Shown here: piece after piece, positions 29,551 through 40,907 of the stretch
Numbering within the stretch: the first letter of the stretch is position 1
Layout: the number at the start of each line of letters is the position of its first letter
From: Alphaproteobacteria bacterium
Lineage (GTDB): Bacteria; Pseudomonadota; Alphaproteobacteria; UBA828
Direction: 5' to 3'
Assembly: GCA_963422645.2 (NCBI GenBank)
Contig: CAXXVO010000014.1
Span: forward strand, 128,001-192,000
Length of the DNA stretch: 64,000 nucleotides
The notes under the pieces: generated by a model
Told to the model about the DNA's origin: nothing
Databases searched by the model: none
The model's input: only the letters and a program-made list of their open reading frames with translations
Made by a program: the position numbers and the translations under genes

Positions 29551-31623
29551 ATGGGGCTCCGCATCTCCGTCGATACCGGCGGCACCTTTACCGATGTCGT
29601 AGCCGGGGGCGACGGGCGGGAGGTGGTCGGCAAGGCGCCGACCACGCCCGACCGCATCTTCGTCGGCATGCGCGGCGCTCTGGAGAACGCAGCCGAGCAG
29701 CTGGGGCTGAGCCTGCCCGCGCTGCTGGGTGAGACCGACCTCATGATCTACGGCACGACGCGGGCCACCAACGCGATCGTGCAGGGCGCGGTGGCCAAGA
29801 CCGCGTTCCTGGTCACCGCCGGCTTCCCCGACATTCTGGTGCTGAAGGAGGGCGGCAAGCACGGGGTCCACGACTTCGAGACCGACTATCCGGACCCCTA
29901 CATCCCGCAGGCCCACACCTTCGAGATCGACGAGCGGATCGACGCCGAAGGCGGCGTGGTGACCCCGATCGATCGCGCGCAGGCGCGTGCGGCGCTGGGG
30001 CTGGTCAAGGAGCGCGGCTTCGAGGCGGTCGCCGTCTGCCTGTTGTGGGCAGTTGCGAACCCGGCGCACGAGCAGGCGCTGGCCGCGCTAATCGAGGAGG
30101 TTCTCCCCGGCCTTCCCTACACGCTCTCGCACCGGCTTATCCCCATCGTGCGCGAATACCGGCGCGCGTCCGCCACCGCCATCGACGCCTCGCTCAAGCC
30201 GCTGATGCAGGCGCACCTCCAGGGTATGGAGGACGATCTGCGCGACGCCGGCTGCAAGGGCGAGATCCTGGTAAGCACCTCCGTCGGCGGTTGCATGCAT
30301 GTGGACGAGCTGGTCGAGCGCCCCATCCACACGGTCAAGTCCGGCCCCGCGATGGCGCCAGTGGCGGCATTGGCCTATTCGCAGATAGAGGGCTTCGGCG
30401 ACGATGTGATCGTCTGCGACACCGGCGGCACCACCTTCGATGTCGGCCTGGTTCGCGATGGCGCAGTCAAGCAGACCCGCGAGACCTGGATCGGCGGGCA
30501 GTGGGTTGGCCATATTCTCGCGATCTCGTCGGTCGACGTGCGCAGCATCGGCGCCGGAGGCGGCTCGATTGCCTGGATCGATCCGGGCGGCCTGCTGCGG
30601 GTGGGCCCGCGCAGCGCAGGCGCGGTGCCCGGCCCGGCCTGCTACGGCACCGGCGGCGCCGAGCCCACGGTGACCGATGCGGCCCTGCTCCTGGGCTATC
30701 TCGACCCCGACTATTTTCTCGGTGGGCGCCTTACCCTCGACATCGACGCGGCGCGGCGTGCTGTGGGCACGCTCGCCGATCAGCTCGGCAAGTCCCTGGA
30801 CGACGGCGCGCATGCCGTCATGAGCCTCGCCAACGAGCTGATGATCAAGGCGATTCAGGACATCACCGTGACCGAAGGCTTCAATCCCCGCGAGTGCACG
30901 CTGGTCGCGGGTGGCGGCGCGGCCGGCCTCGGCGTCATGGCCATCGCGGGTGAGCTCGGCTGTGAGCGGGTAGTCCTGCCGCGCACGGCCGCGGTGCTCA
31001 GCGCCTGCGGAATGCAGGTTTCGGACGTGATTCACGAGCACTCAGCGAGCATGGTCACACGCTCCGCCGGCTTCGACTTCGAAGGGGTGAACGCCGTGCT
31101 CGATTCGATCGACGCTGAGCTCGAGCGCTTCGCTGCAACGCTCGGCGATCGCGGGCTCGAGACCATGCGGATCGAACGCTTCGTCGAGGCCCGCTACCTG
31201 TTTCAAGTGTGGGAGCTCGACGTGGCGCTGCCGATCGAGCGCTTCGAGAACGAGCGCGACGTCGCCGCCCTGGTCGAGCGCTTCCACGCCACCCACGAGC
31301 AGGTCTTCGCCGTGCGCGATCCCGACAGCATCCTCGAATGCCTCAATTGGAAGGGGCGGGTTTCGGTCGGCCTCGACGCGGCGGCCCGCCCGCCGTCGAT
31401 GGCCGGCGCCGGCGGGCCGCCAGTGGCTGACAGCCGCCGGCCCGCCTATTTCGGCGGCGGCGCGCGCGTGGACACGCCGATCTATCTCGGCCGCAACCTG
31501 AGCACCGGCGCCGCGATCCAAGGGCCCGCGATCATCGAGGAGCCGACCACCACCATCGTGGTCGATCCCGGCACGCGGACCCGCTTGAGCGAGGCCGGCA
31601 ACTTCATCCTGGAGGCCTGCTGA
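29551..31623 (+). CDS. Hydantoinase/oxoprolinase subunit A (ATP-dependent)
   Basis: VDTGGTFTD, GTTRATNA, SGPA, DTGGTTFD, GAGGGSIA, PTVTDA. Confidence 0.92.
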   Translation: MGLRISVDTGGTFTDVVAGGDGREVVGKAPTTPDRIFVGMRGALENAAEQLGLSLPALLGETDLMIYGTTRATNAIVQGAVAKTAFLVTAGFPDILVLKEGGKHGVHDFETDYPDPYIPQAHTFEIDERIDAEGGVVTPIDRAQARAALGLVKERGFEAVAVCLLWAVANPAHEQALAALIEEVLPGLPYTLSHRLIPIVREYRRASATAIDASLKPLMQAHLQGMEDDLRDAGCKGEILVSTSVGGCMHVDELVERPIHTVKSGPAMAPVAALAYSQIEGFGDDVIVCDTGGTTFDVGLVRDGAVKQTRETWIGGQWVGHILAISSVDVRSIGAGGGSIAWIDPGGLLRVGPRSAGAVPGPACYGTGGAEPTVTDAALLLGYLDPDYFLGGRLTLDIDAARRAVGTLADQLGKSLDDGAHAVMSLANELMIKAIQDITVTEGFNPRECTLVAGGGAAGLGVMAIAGELGCERVVLPRTAAVLSACGMQVSDVIHEHSASMVTRSAGFDFEGVNAVLDSIDAELERFAATLGDRGLETMRIERFVEARYLFQVWELDVALPIERFENERDVAALVERFHATHEQVFAVRDPDSILECLNWKGRVSVGLDAAARPPSMAGAGGPPVADSRRPAYFGGGARVDTPIYLGRNLSTGAAIQGPAIIEEPTTTIVVDPGTRTRLSEAGNFILEAC

Positions 31624-31624
31624 G

Positions 31625-33415
31625 ATGACGCAGCCCGCGCAACCGACCGAGGCGTTGGACCCGGTCCTTCTCTCGGTGCTCTCCAACCGGCTCGACGGCA
31701 TCGTGCGCGAAATGTCGAACACGCTGCTGAAGGCCGCGCGCTCGGCGGTGATCGCCGTGGCACGGGATTTCTCCTGCGCGATCTGCACCGCCGACAACCA
31801 GCTTCTTGCGACGGCGGAGGGCCTGCCGGTCCATATCTTCGGCTCGCACCTGCAGACAAAGGCCATGACCGAGCTGCACGACGATCTCGCCGAGGGAGAC
31901 GCCTTCCTCCACAACGACCCCTACCTCGGCAACACGCACCCGGCCGATCATGCGGTGATCGTGCCGGTCTTCATCGACGGCGAGCATATGTTCTCCGCCT
32001 TGGCCAAAGGCCATCAGGCGGACATCGGCAACAGCATCCCGAGCACGTATCACGCTGCGGCGAAGGACGTGTACGAGGAAGGCTCGCTGATCTTCCCCTG
32101 CGTCCGCGTGCAGCACGACTACGCGATGGTGGACGACGTGATCCGCATGTGCCGGCGCAGGATCCGGGTGCCGGAGCAGTGGTACGGCGACTTCCTGGCC
32201 GAGCTTGGCGCGGCGCGCATTGCCGAGCGGCGCCTGAAGGAGCTCTGCGCCAAGTACGGCAAGGAGACCATCAAGATCTTCATCCGCGAGTGGTTCGACT
32301 ATTCCGAGCGCCGCATAGTGCAGGCAATCCGCGACTTGCCGAAGGCCGAGGTCGAGGCGGAAGGCGCGCACGATCCATTCGAGCCCTTCCTGCCGGACGG
32401 CATCCCGATCAAGGTCAAGCTTCGCATCGACCCGGACGAGGGCCGGGTTACCATCGATCTTCGCGACAACATCGATTGCGTCGATTGCGGCCTCAACCAA
32501 TCGGAGGCCTGCGCCATCAACAATGTCGTGGCCGGCTTCTTCAACTGCCTGGGGCCGGAGATACCCCACAACGGCGGCTCATTCCGGCGTGTGGACGTGC
32601 TGCTGCGCGACGGCTGCGTCGTCGGCCGCCCGTCCTTTCCCCATTCGACCTCGATGGCGACCACCAACGTCGCGGACCGTCTGGTCAACATCACCCACTC
32701 GGCCATGGCGCGGCTGGGCGACGGCTATGGCCTAGCCGAGGGCGGCAGCGCCATGGGTGCAGGCACCGCGGTGATAAGCGGCAATGACTTCCGCCGCGGC
32801 GGCGATCCCTACGTCAATCAGCTCACCATGGTGGTCAATGGCGGCCCCGCCGGGCCCAAGGCGGACGGCTGGGTCACCTTTGTGCTGCCGGTTGTCTCCG
32901 GCCTCATGTATCGCGACAGCGTGGAACTCGCCGAGGTGAAGCACCCGATGATCTTCGAGTCGGTGCGTCTCCTGCCTGGCACCGGCGGTGCCGGGCGCTA
33001 TCGCGGCGGCCCCGCTTCTGAGGTCGTCTACGGACCGCGCGAGGACCCGATGACGGTAATCATCCCTTGCGACTGCCAGATCAACCCGGCACGTGGCGCC
33101 CAGGGCGGCCGCGACGGCACGCCGGCCGTCCAGTTCAAGGTCGGCGCCAATGGCGACCAGACCGTCCTTCCTAACGTCGTGCAGCTCGCCCTTCAGCCGG
33201 GCGAAATGATCCGCGGTCTCGATGCCGGGGGCGGCGGATACGGCGACCCGATGGAGCGGGATCCGGAGCGGGTGCGCATGGATGTCGCGCGCGGTTGGGA
33301 GACGCCGGAGCGTGCCCGCGAGATCTACGGAGTCGTGCTGACCGGGGAGCGGGAAAGCGATTCGCTTGCGGTGGATTGGGCGGCGACAGAGGCGCTGCGG
33401 GCCGCGAATCCTTAG
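31625..33415 (+). CDS. Hydantoinase B/oxoprolinase subunit B
   Basis: RDFSCAI, HNDPYLGNTHPAD, HQADIG, GGGGYGDP. Confidence 0.92.
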   Translation: MTQPAQPTEALDPVLLSVLSNRLDGIVREMSNTLLKAARSAVIAVARDFSCAICTADNQLLATAEGLPVHIFGSHLQTKAMTELHDDLAEGDAFLHNDPYLGNTHPADHAVIVPVFIDGEHMFSALAKGHQADIGNSIPSTYHAAAKDVYEEGSLIFPCVRVQHDYAMVDDVIRMCRRRIRVPEQWYGDFLAELGAARIAERRLKELCAKYGKETIKIFIREWFDYSERRIVQAIRDLPKAEVEAEGAHDPFEPFLPDGIPIKVKLRIDPDEGRVTIDLRDNIDCVDCGLNQSEACAINNVVAGFFNCLGPEIPHNGGSFRRVDVLLRDGCVVGRPSFPHSTSMATTNVADRLVNITHSAMARLGDGYGLAEGGSAMGAGTAVISGNDFRRGGDPYVNQLTMVVNGGPAGPKADGWVTFVLPVVSGLMYRDSVELAEVKHPMIFESVRLLPGTGGAGRYRGGPASEVVYGPREDPMTVIIPCDCQINPARGAQGGRDGTPAVQFKVGANGDQTVLPNVVQLALQPGEMIRGLDAGGGGYGDPMERDPERVRMDVARGWETPERAREIYGVVLTGERESDSLAVDWAATEALRAANP

Positions 33416-33580
33416 GGTCAGCCGCAGGCATTCGGCACCTCCTTCTTAGCGTCTTGCCCTTGCCAACGGCCCGTGCTAACCCTGTCGCCGCTCGCGGCAA
33501 CCGCCGCGAGCGTGTCGTGACAGTTGCTCGATTCCGGGTTCTCGTAGGCAATCCCGTCAGGCAATCCGAAGGGTTCGACA

Positions 33581-34135
33581 ATGGCAGACGCCGCGACGCC
33601 CTCAGATAGCTCTTCCGAGCACGCGGGCACGCGACGCGACTTTTTGGTGCTGGCGGCCGGCGCCATGGGTGGCATGGCGGTGGTGGGCATCACCTGGCCC
33701 CTGATCGAGACCATGAACCCGACGGCCGATGTGCTCGCGCTGGCGTCCACCGAAGTCGATCTTTCCTCAGTCGAGGAAGGCCAGACCATCGTCGTCAAGT
33801 GGCGCGGACGGCCGGTTTTCGTGCGCCATCGCACGGCAGACGAGATCGCCGCGGCGCAAGAGGCACCGCTCGGCGACCTCTCCGATCCGCAGCCGGATTC
33901 GGAGCGGGCGCCGCAGGCGCAATGGCTGATCGTGGAGGGTGTTTGCACCCATCTCGGCTGCGTGCCGCTCGGCTCCAAGGTCGGCGACCCGCGCGGCGAG
34001 TTCGGCGGCTGGTTCTGCCCCTGCCACGGCTCGCACTACGACACCTCCGGCCGCATCCGCAAGGGACCGGCGCCGGCCAATCTCCCGGTGCCGAACTACG
34101 AGTTCCTCGACGAAACGCTGGTTCGGATCGGGTAG
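33581..34135 (+). CDS. petA: Ubiquinol-cytochrome c reductase Rieske Fe-S subunit
   Basis: Tat motif TRRDFL; CTHLGC and CPCHGSHY. Confidence 0.96.
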   Translation: MADAATPSDSSSEHAGTRRDFLVLAAGAMGGMAVVGITWPLIETMNPTADVLALASTEVDLSSVEEGQTIVVKWRGRPVFVRHRTADEIAAAQEAPLGDLSDPQPDSERAPQAQWLIVEGVCTHLGCVPLGSKVGDPRGEFGGWFCPCHGSHYDTSGRIRKGPAPANLPVPNYEFLDETLVRIG

Positions 34136-34148
34136 GGGACCGCGCCGG

Positions 34149-35435
34149 ATGACGACACCCGTACCGCAGAACCGCGTCGCCCAGTGGATCGAGTACCGGC
34201 TGCCGATCTTCAGCTGGACCAATGCGCACCTCATCGACTATCCGGCGCCGCGCAACCTGAACTATTGGTGGAACTTCGGCTCCCTCGCTGGGATCATGCT
34301 GGTGGTGCAGATCATCACCGGCGTGGTGCTGGCGATGCACTACACGCCGCATGCCGATCACGCCTTCGATTCGGTCGAGCACATCATGCGCAACGTGGAG
34401 TGGGGCTGGCTCATGCGCTACCTCCACGCCAACGGCGCCTCGATGTTCTTCGCCGTGGTCTACATCCACCTCTTCCGTGGCCTCTACTACGGCTCCTACA
34501 AGGCGCCGCGCGAGATCCTGTGGTGGATGGGCGTCATCATCCTGCTGCTCATGATGGCGAGCGCCTTCATGGGCTACGTGCTGCCGTGGGGGCAGATGAG
34601 CTTCTGGGCGGCGACGGTGATCACGAACATGACCTCGGCGATCCCGTGGATCGGCGAGACGGTCGTCACCTGGCTGTGGGGCGGCTTCTCGGTCGATCAC
34701 CCCACGCTCGTCCGCTTCTACGCGCTGCACTACCTGCTGCCCTTCGTGCTCTTCGGTGTGGTCTTCATTCACCTGTGGGCGCTGCATCACCGCAAGTCGA
34801 ACAACCCGCTCGGCATCGATATCAAGAGCAAGAAGGACACCATCCCCTTCCACCCCTACTACACGGCCAAGGACTCGTTCGGGGTGGGCGTGATGATGTT
34901 CATCCTGCTGATCTTCACCTTCTACATGCCGAACGCGCTGGGCGAGGTGATCAACTACGAGAAGGCGAACCCGCTGCAGACGCCGGCGCATATCGTGCCG
35001 GAATGGTACTTCCTGCCCTTCTACGCGATCCTGCGCGCGATCCCCGACAAGCTCGGCGGCGTCGTGGCGATGGTCGCCTCGATCTTCATCCTCTTCATTC
35101 TGCCTTGGCTCGATACGTCCAAGGTGCGGAGCGCGCGCTTCCGCCCGATCTACAAGTGGGCGTTCTGGGTCTTCGTCGTGGATTGCATCGCGCTCGGCTG
35201 GGTCGGCGCCAACTCGCCCGAGGGCAACTTCATCTGGATCGGGCAGGTGACCACCGGCTACTACTTCGCACACTTCCTCATCATCGTGCCCCTCATCGGC
35301 AAATTCGAGCGGCCCACGCCGCTGCCGGAAAGCATTCATCAATCGGTGCTGAAGGGCGGGGGTGAGGACTCGACTGCGGCGGCGCCGGCGGATACTGCGG
35401 CAGCCGCACCGGCGGCGTCCGGGGAGAAGACGTGA
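34149..35435 (+). CDS. petB: Cytochrome b
   Basis: [30 protein letters not shown]. Confidence 0.97.
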   Translation: MTTPVPQNRVAQWIEYRLPIFSWTNAHLIDYPAPRNLNYWWNFGSLAGIMLVVQIITGVVLAMHYTPHADHAFDSVEHIMRNVEWGWLMRYLHANGASMFFAVVYIHLFRGLYYGSYKAPREILWWMGVIILLLMMASAFMGYVLPWGQMSFWAATVITNMTSAIPWIGETVVTWLWGGFSVDHPTLVRFYALHYLLPFVLFGVVFIHLWALHHRKSNNPLGIDIKSKKDTIPFHPYYTAKDSFGVGVMMFILLIFTFYMPNALGEVINYEKANPLQTPAHIVPEWYFLPFYAILRAIPDKLGGVVAMVASIFILFILPWLDTSKVRSARFRPIYKWAFWVFVVDCIALGWVGANSPEGNFIWIGQVTTGYYFAHFLIIVPLIGKFERPTPLPESIHQSVLKGGGEDSTAAAPADTAAAAPAASGEKT

Positions 35436-36202
35436 TGCGCGGCGTCCTGCTGGCCGGGCTGATCGGCGTCTTCGCGCTCTTTGGCGGCAACGCAGCGCTT
35501 GCGGCCGGCGACGCGCCGGACATCCCCGGTCAGGACTGGAAGCACGAGGGCGTCTTCGGCACCTTTGACAGGGGCGAACTGCAGCGCGGCTTTCAGGTCT
35601 TCCAGGAAGTCTGCTCCGCGTGCCATTCGCTCCAGTACATCGCTTTCCGCAACCTGGTGGAGATCGGCTTCACCGAGGAGGAGGCGAAGGCGATCGCTGC
35701 GGACTACGAGGTCGAGGACGGGCCCGACGTAGAGGGCGAGATGTTCGACCGGCCGGCGCGGCTCTCCGACTACTGGCCCTCGCCCTTCGCCAACGACAAC
35801 GAGGCGCGGGCCTCCAACGGCGGCGCATTGCCGCCCGACCTCTCGCTGATCATCAAGGCGCGCGAGGGCGGGCCGGATTACATCTACGCGCTGATGACCG
35901 GCTACGAGGAAGAGGCGCCGGAAGGGATGGAGCTTGCCGACGGCATGAACTTCAACCACTTCTTCCCGGGCCAGCAGATCGCCATGGTGGAGCCTCTCTA
36001 CGACGAGGCGGTCGAGTACGTGGACGGCTCGCCCATGACCCTCGAGCAGCACGCGCGGGATGTGACCGCCTTCCTCTCCTGGACCGCGGAGCCGGAGCTG
36101 GAAGAGCGTAAGCAGACCGGCCTCAAGGTGCTAATCTTCGTCTTTGTGCTCACCGCAGTATTGTTCGTCATCTACAGGCGCGTCTGGGCCAGGCTGCACT
36201 AG
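35432..36202 (+). CDS. petC: Cytochrome c1
   Basis: QRGFQVF..VCSACH, PPDLSL, C-terminal transmembrane anchor. Confidence 0.95.
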   Translation: MMRGVLLAGLIGVFALFGGNAALAAGDAPDIPGQDWKHEGVFGTFDRGELQRGFQVFQEVCSACHSLQYIAFRNLVEIGFTEEEAKAIAADYEVEDGPDVEGEMFDRPARLSDYWPSPFANDNEARASNGGALPPDLSLIIKAREGGPDYIYALMTGYEEEAPEGMELADGMNFNHFFPGQQIAMVEPLYDEAVEYVDGSPMTLEQHARDVTAFLSWTAEPELEERKQTGLKVLIFVFVLTAVLFVIYRRVWARLH

Positions 36203-36280
36203 CGCATCGTCACACCCCCTCGTCGGGCCGGGCGTGACGGCGGGGCAAGCCGCCGGACCGAACGCGGAGGGGAGTGAACA

Positions 36281-37987
36281 ATGGCCCAACCCACAGGCTC
36301 GCAGCATACCGATCCCAAGAGCGATATCGATATCGCGCGGGCGGCCACTAAGCGCCCGGTTCTCGAACTCGCCCAGGACCGCCTCGGCATCGCGGGGGAG
36401 CATCTGGTCCCCTACGGTCACGACAAGGCGAAGATCACCCTCGACTACATCGGCTCGCTGCAGGACCGGCCCGACGGCAAGCTGATCCTGGTGACGGCGA
36501 TCACGCCGACACCGGCGGGCGAGGGCAAGACCACCACAACGGTCGGCCTCGGCGACGGCCTCAACCGGATCGGCAAGAAGGCCGTCATGGCCTTGCGGGA
36601 GCCGAGCCTCGGCCCCTGCTTCGGCGTCAAGGGCGGGGCGGCCGGCGGCGGCTATGCCCAGGTGGTGCCGATGGAGGACATCAACCTCCATTTCACCGGC
36701 GACTTCCACGCCATCGGCGCGGCCAACAACCTGCTCGCGGCAATGGTCGACAATCACATTTACTGGGGAAACAAGGCCGGCATCGATCCGCGCCGGGTGA
36801 GCTGGCGCCGTGTGGTCGACATGAACGACCGGGCGCTGCGTTCTGTGGTGTCATCGCTCGGCGGCGTGGCCAACGGCTTCCCGCGCGAGGACGGCTTTGA
36901 CATCACCGTCGCCTCCGAGGTGATGGCGATCTTCTGCCTCTCGCGCGATCTCGACGATCTGCGCGCCCGCCTCGGCAACATCGTGGTCGGGCTCACGCGC
37001 GAGCGCGAGCCGGTGCGCGCTAGCGCCGTGAACGCCGACGGCGCCATGACAGCACTGCTCAAGGACGCGCTCGCGCCCAATCTGGTGCAGACGCTGGAGA
37101 ACAACCCGGCCCTCATCCACGGCGGCCCCTTCGCCAACATCGCCCACGGCTGCAACTCGGTGATCGCGACCAGGGCCGCACTCAAGCTCGCGGACTACGT
37201 CGTGACCGAGGCCGGCTTCGGCGCCGATCTCGGAGCCGAGAAGTTCTTCGACATCAAGTGCCGCAAGGCCGGGTTGGCGCCGGACTGCGCGGTGATCGTG
37301 GCCACCATCCGCGCGCTCAAGATGCACGGCGGCGTCGCGCGGAGCGACCTCGGCACCGAGAACCTGGAGGCGCTGGCTACGGGCATGGAGAACCTGGCGC
37401 GGCACGTGCGCAACGTGCAGAGCTACGGCGTGCCGGCGGTGGTGGCGATCAACCGCTTCTCAGCCGATAGCGAGGCCGAGCGCGCGCTGGTGGCGGAGCA
37501 CTGCGCCGAGATGGGTGTCAACGCGGTGGAGTGCGATCACTGGGCCATGGGCGGCGCCGGCTGCGAGGCGCTGGCGCACGAGGTGGTGGGCACGATGGAG
37601 TCCAAGCCCTCGTCGTTCCAGCCACTCTATGCGGACGAGCTCACGCTCTGGGAGAAGATCGAGACCGTGGCCAAGCGGATCTACGGCGCCGACGGCATCA
37701 CGGCGGACGCGACCGTCAGCCGGCGGCTTGACGAGCTCCAGGCCGGCGGCTTCGGGCACTTCCCCGTGTGCATGGCGAAGACACAGTACAGCTTCTCGGC
37801 CGATGCGGGGCTGAAGAACGCGCCCAGCGGCTTCGAGGTGCCGATTCGCGAGGTGCGACTCTCGGGCGGCGCCGAGTTCGTGGTGGTGATCTGTGGTGCG
37901 ATCATGACCATGCCGGGCCTGCCGCGCGTGCCCGCCGCCGACAACATCGCCGTCGATGATATCGGCAACATTACAGGGTTGTTTTAG
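36281..37987 (+). CDS. fhs: Formate--tetrahydrofolate ligase
   Basis: [37 protein letters not shown]. Confidence 0.97.
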   Translation: MAQPTGSQHTDPKSDIDIARAATKRPVLELAQDRLGIAGEHLVPYGHDKAKITLDYIGSLQDRPDGKLILVTAITPTPAGEGKTTTTVGLGDGLNRIGKKAVMALREPSLGPCFGVKGGAAGGGYAQVVPMEDINLHFTGDFHAIGAANNLLAAMVDNHIYWGNKAGIDPRRVSWRRVVDMNDRALRSVVSSLGGVANGFPREDGFDITVASEVMAIFCLSRDLDDLRARLGNIVVGLTREREPVRASAVNADGAMTALLKDALAPNLVQTLENNPALIHGGPFANIAHGCNSVIATRAALKLADYVVTEAGFGADLGAEKFFDIKCRKAGLAPDCAVIVATIRALKMHGGVARSDLGTENLEALATGMENLARHVRNVQSYGVPAVVAINRFSADSEAERALVAEHCAEMGVNAVECDHWAMGGAGCEALAHEVVGTMESKPSSFQPLYADELTLWEKIETVAKRIYGADGITADATVSRRLDELQAGGFGHFPVCMAKTQYSFSADAGLKNAPSGFEVPIREVRLSGGAEFVVVICGAIMTMPGLPRVPAADNIAVDDIGNITGLF

Positions 37988-38871
37988 TTGGCAATTCGTC
38001 GCAGGAGACGATGACCTGACCCGAGCAAGAATTTCTGCCCGATTTCTGGGCCGCAGGCGCACAAAACAAAGTCATAATTGTCTGTCCGGCGAATCCGTGT
38101 TTCAAGCTCCCAAATTGACGGGAGCCCAACAATGATTCGCCCGCGCCTATACCGGTCTCTGTGTTTGCCGGTTCTTCGACTTTCGGGACACGTGTTCCGC
38201 GTCGCGGTTCCTCTCTGTCTCGTCATCCCGATTCTGGCCGCTTGCCATATATTTGTGGACGATGTGGAAGAGGAAGAGCAGGAGCCCTGCGTCCAAACTC
38301 ATGACCAGGGCTGCCTTTCCGAACCCGAGCTAGAAGCCTTGGTGGAGGAAATCGCAGGCGAATACGCGGAGCCGTCGAGCTTCCAGAACCAGTGGGGCCT
38401 GGCGGCGATCAATGCCGACCAGGCTTACGCGAACTTGGAGCTGGAATTCGGTCCCGACGTGGCACCCGGCGAAGGCGTTACCGTGGGCGTGCTGGATACG
38501 GGGATCGACAATGCCCATCCCCAGTTTCGGAACAAGACCGTCCCTGAGAGGTTTCTTGCGGGTGCGACCGGCGATGACGGAAGCGAACTTTCTCACGGCA
38601 CCGCGGTGGCAAGCATTATCGCCGGAGAGGATATTCCCGGTTTCCCGTACGACGCGCATGGCGTGGCCTGGGGTGCCGATCTCGTCGTCTTTGCCATTCC
38701 GCTGGGAGAAGCGCCCGAATTGTATGATCCGATCCAGATAAGCGAGTTGCCGGGAACCGCAGAGTACGTAACTGCCCAGGTCTGATTCTGCCGAGCACTC
38801 GGACGTGATGGATTGATGGTTCTGACCAGCCAGGGGTCAGGCTGAGCGCTTTCCCGGAGCAGCGCAGGATT

Positions 38872-40185
38872 TCAGAAGCGCAATACGGGGATCAGCTGGA
38901 TTGGATCGGGGTGCGCCAGGGTTTCGAGGACATTCCAGCGCTGTTTTCGAGCGGTGGCGATGACGGATCGCAGGTTTGCGAAGTCGCGGGCGCCTTGTAT
39001 CGAGCGGAAGCCGCCTGAGATTTTCTGGCGCAGCTTGCCCATTCGGAGGTCGCGGTCGTTCTTGTGGGCGAAGCGGGCGGCTCTGTTGGCACGGATGAGG
39101 AGCCGGTGCGTGCTCGTTGCCCAGTCTTCCTTCTCGATCTCGATGAGGGCTTGGAGCTCGCGCAGGTGATGGGCGTTGCAGGCCCCGTGGCGCACGCCCT
39201 CGAGAGCGAAGTAGGTGGCGTAGTCGTCATGGATGACGATGCCGTTGAGCTTCTCGTCGATGTGGCTGCGCCCGGTGGCGACGCGCAGGATGGTGAGCAA
39301 CGGGGTGCACAGCACATGGAGCCAATGGGTCCGGGCGGCGATGCGGATGCCGGTCTCGTCGAGGTGTTTGACTGGGGCTGCGGTGCGGATGATCTCCGCG
39401 AGGCGATCGAGGAAGCCCTCGAAGCGCCGGGCGGTGCGCCTTCCCATGGCGACGATGGTGGCTGTTGAGAGCTTGACCGCGAAGAGGTCGCTCATGACCT
39501 CGGCGACCCGCTTCTCGGGAATGAACTGAGCGTGCAGCAGGTAGGTCACCCACGCGGTGATGCGCGGCCCGTATTGGACCGGTGCGCTCACGCCGTTCGG
39601 GAAGACGGCTGTCGTCACGGTGCCGCAGGCAGCGCAGAGGCAACGATGGCCGCGATGTTCGGTGACCTCGAGGGGCTGCGGCTCGGGCACATCGAAGACC
39701 TGCCGGCAGACGGGGGCTCCGTGACGGTCAGCGTCCGACAGCGGCGCGCCGCAGCCCTCACAGGCGGACGGATCATGATCGACGACATGGTCGGGCGTCG
39801 CGGTCCGCTCCAGGGTAGTTCCCTTGTGGCCCGGCTGGCCGCCACTGGGCCTGTCGGACTTGCCGCGCTGGCTCCGGGTGCGCTTCTCCCGGTCACCGCT
39901 CTTCTTCTTCAGACCGTCGCTGGCCGGCGGCTTGGAGCTGGTGGTGCTGTCGAGCGCGGCGCTGCGCTCGAGTTCGGCGATCCGCTCGCGCAAGCGGGCG
40001 TTCTCCCGCTCCAGCGCGTCGTTCTCCTTGACCAGGGCCGCGCTCAGGCGCAGCAACCCCTGGCCCCATTCCCGAATGGCTTTGACGGCGGTCATTGCGA
40101 AGGATTGTGGGGTGAAAAGGTCCTGCAGGCACGCGAAGGCCTCGTCGTGGGCAGCGAGGTCCTCGTGCCAGCGCGACACTGTCAC
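38872..40185 (-). pseudogene. IS66 transposase B2 with an in-frame deletion of about 76 aa that removes the NNEAE motif
   Basis: Reads RFAHKNDR|DLRMGKLRQK where B1 has EKDRQVPAS...TNNEAERDIRM. Confidence 0.8.
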
Positions 40186-40850
40186 GAACCCTCGTCGGCC
40201 TCGACGGCCATGATCGCGGCCAGCACCGCCAGGCGTTCGCCCGCCGGCATGGCCTCGTAGCGCCGGCCCCAGTTGGCCGCCTTGCGCTTGATGCACTGGC
40301 GCTCGGTGAAGTTCCGGCCGGCGAAGCTCGCCCAGTGCACCCGGTCAGGCGCGAAGTTGAACCACACGACCTCGGTCCGCACCTGGGCCTGGGTCGTCAC
40401 CTGCAGCGCCAGCCGGCGCCAGCCCGCCAGCAGCTCGTCATAGAGCGCAGACGGGTGGCCCGAGACCATCACCTGGCAGGGCAGACCCTTGAGCAGTTCG
40501 AGGAGCGCGACGTGGTCGGCCTCCTCGTACTCGAAGCGGTAGCGCTGCGACGAACGCCGGGTCGCGTGCAGATAGGGCGGATCGCTGTAGACCAGCTCCG
40601 GGCCCAGAAACGGGAACGAGGCCAGGAAGGAATGGGCGCAGCCGTGCACCAACTCCACCGGGTAGTCGCAGCCAAAGGCCTCAAGCGCCCGCTCGTCGCG
40701 GTCGATCCCGATCGAGCGCATGGCCGCAGGCTTGCGCTTCATCAGCGCCCCGCCCCCAAGATGGCTCTCGATATAGACAGAGTGCGGCGGCATCAGCGCA
40801 ATCAGCGCCTGGCTCAGACCGGTCGTCGCCTTCGACCCGAAATACCCCAC
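40182..40850 (-). CDS. Compact Dam-like N6-adenine DNA methyltransferase (homolog of 23840-24505)
   Basis: YFGSK, YIESHLGGGA, DPPY; intact 222 aa; GTGA overlap with the transposase. Confidence 0.85.
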   Translation of the reverse strand: MGYFGSKATTGLSQALIALMPPHSVYIESHLGGGALMKRKPAAMRSIGIDRDERALEAFGCDYPVELVHGCAHSFLASFPFLGPELVYSDPPYLHATRRSSQRYRFEYEEADHVALLELLKGLPCQVMVSGHPSALYDELLAGWRRLALQVTTQAQVRTEVVWFNFAPDRVHWASFAGRNFTERQCIKRKAANWGRRYEAMPAGERLAVLAAIMAVEADEGS

Positions 40851-40852
40851 CG

Positions 40853-40907
40853 GCTGCTCCTCTCATGCGAGAGTGCAACCCATAGGCGAGAGAACCTATA
40901 CAGTCAA
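40853..40907 (-). promoter_or_regulatory. Putative sigma70 promoter and RBS hairpin of the B2 operon
   Basis: TTGACT(40907-40902)-17bp-TATGGG(40884-40879); GGTTGC-A-CTCTC-GCAT-GAGAG-GA-GCAGCC hairpin covering GGAG. Confidence 0.6.

Noticed and set aside
36203-36280. ZTP or THF riboswitch upstream of fhs
   Set aside because: Only generic GC hairpins in 78 bp; the conserved aptamer motifs could not be matched
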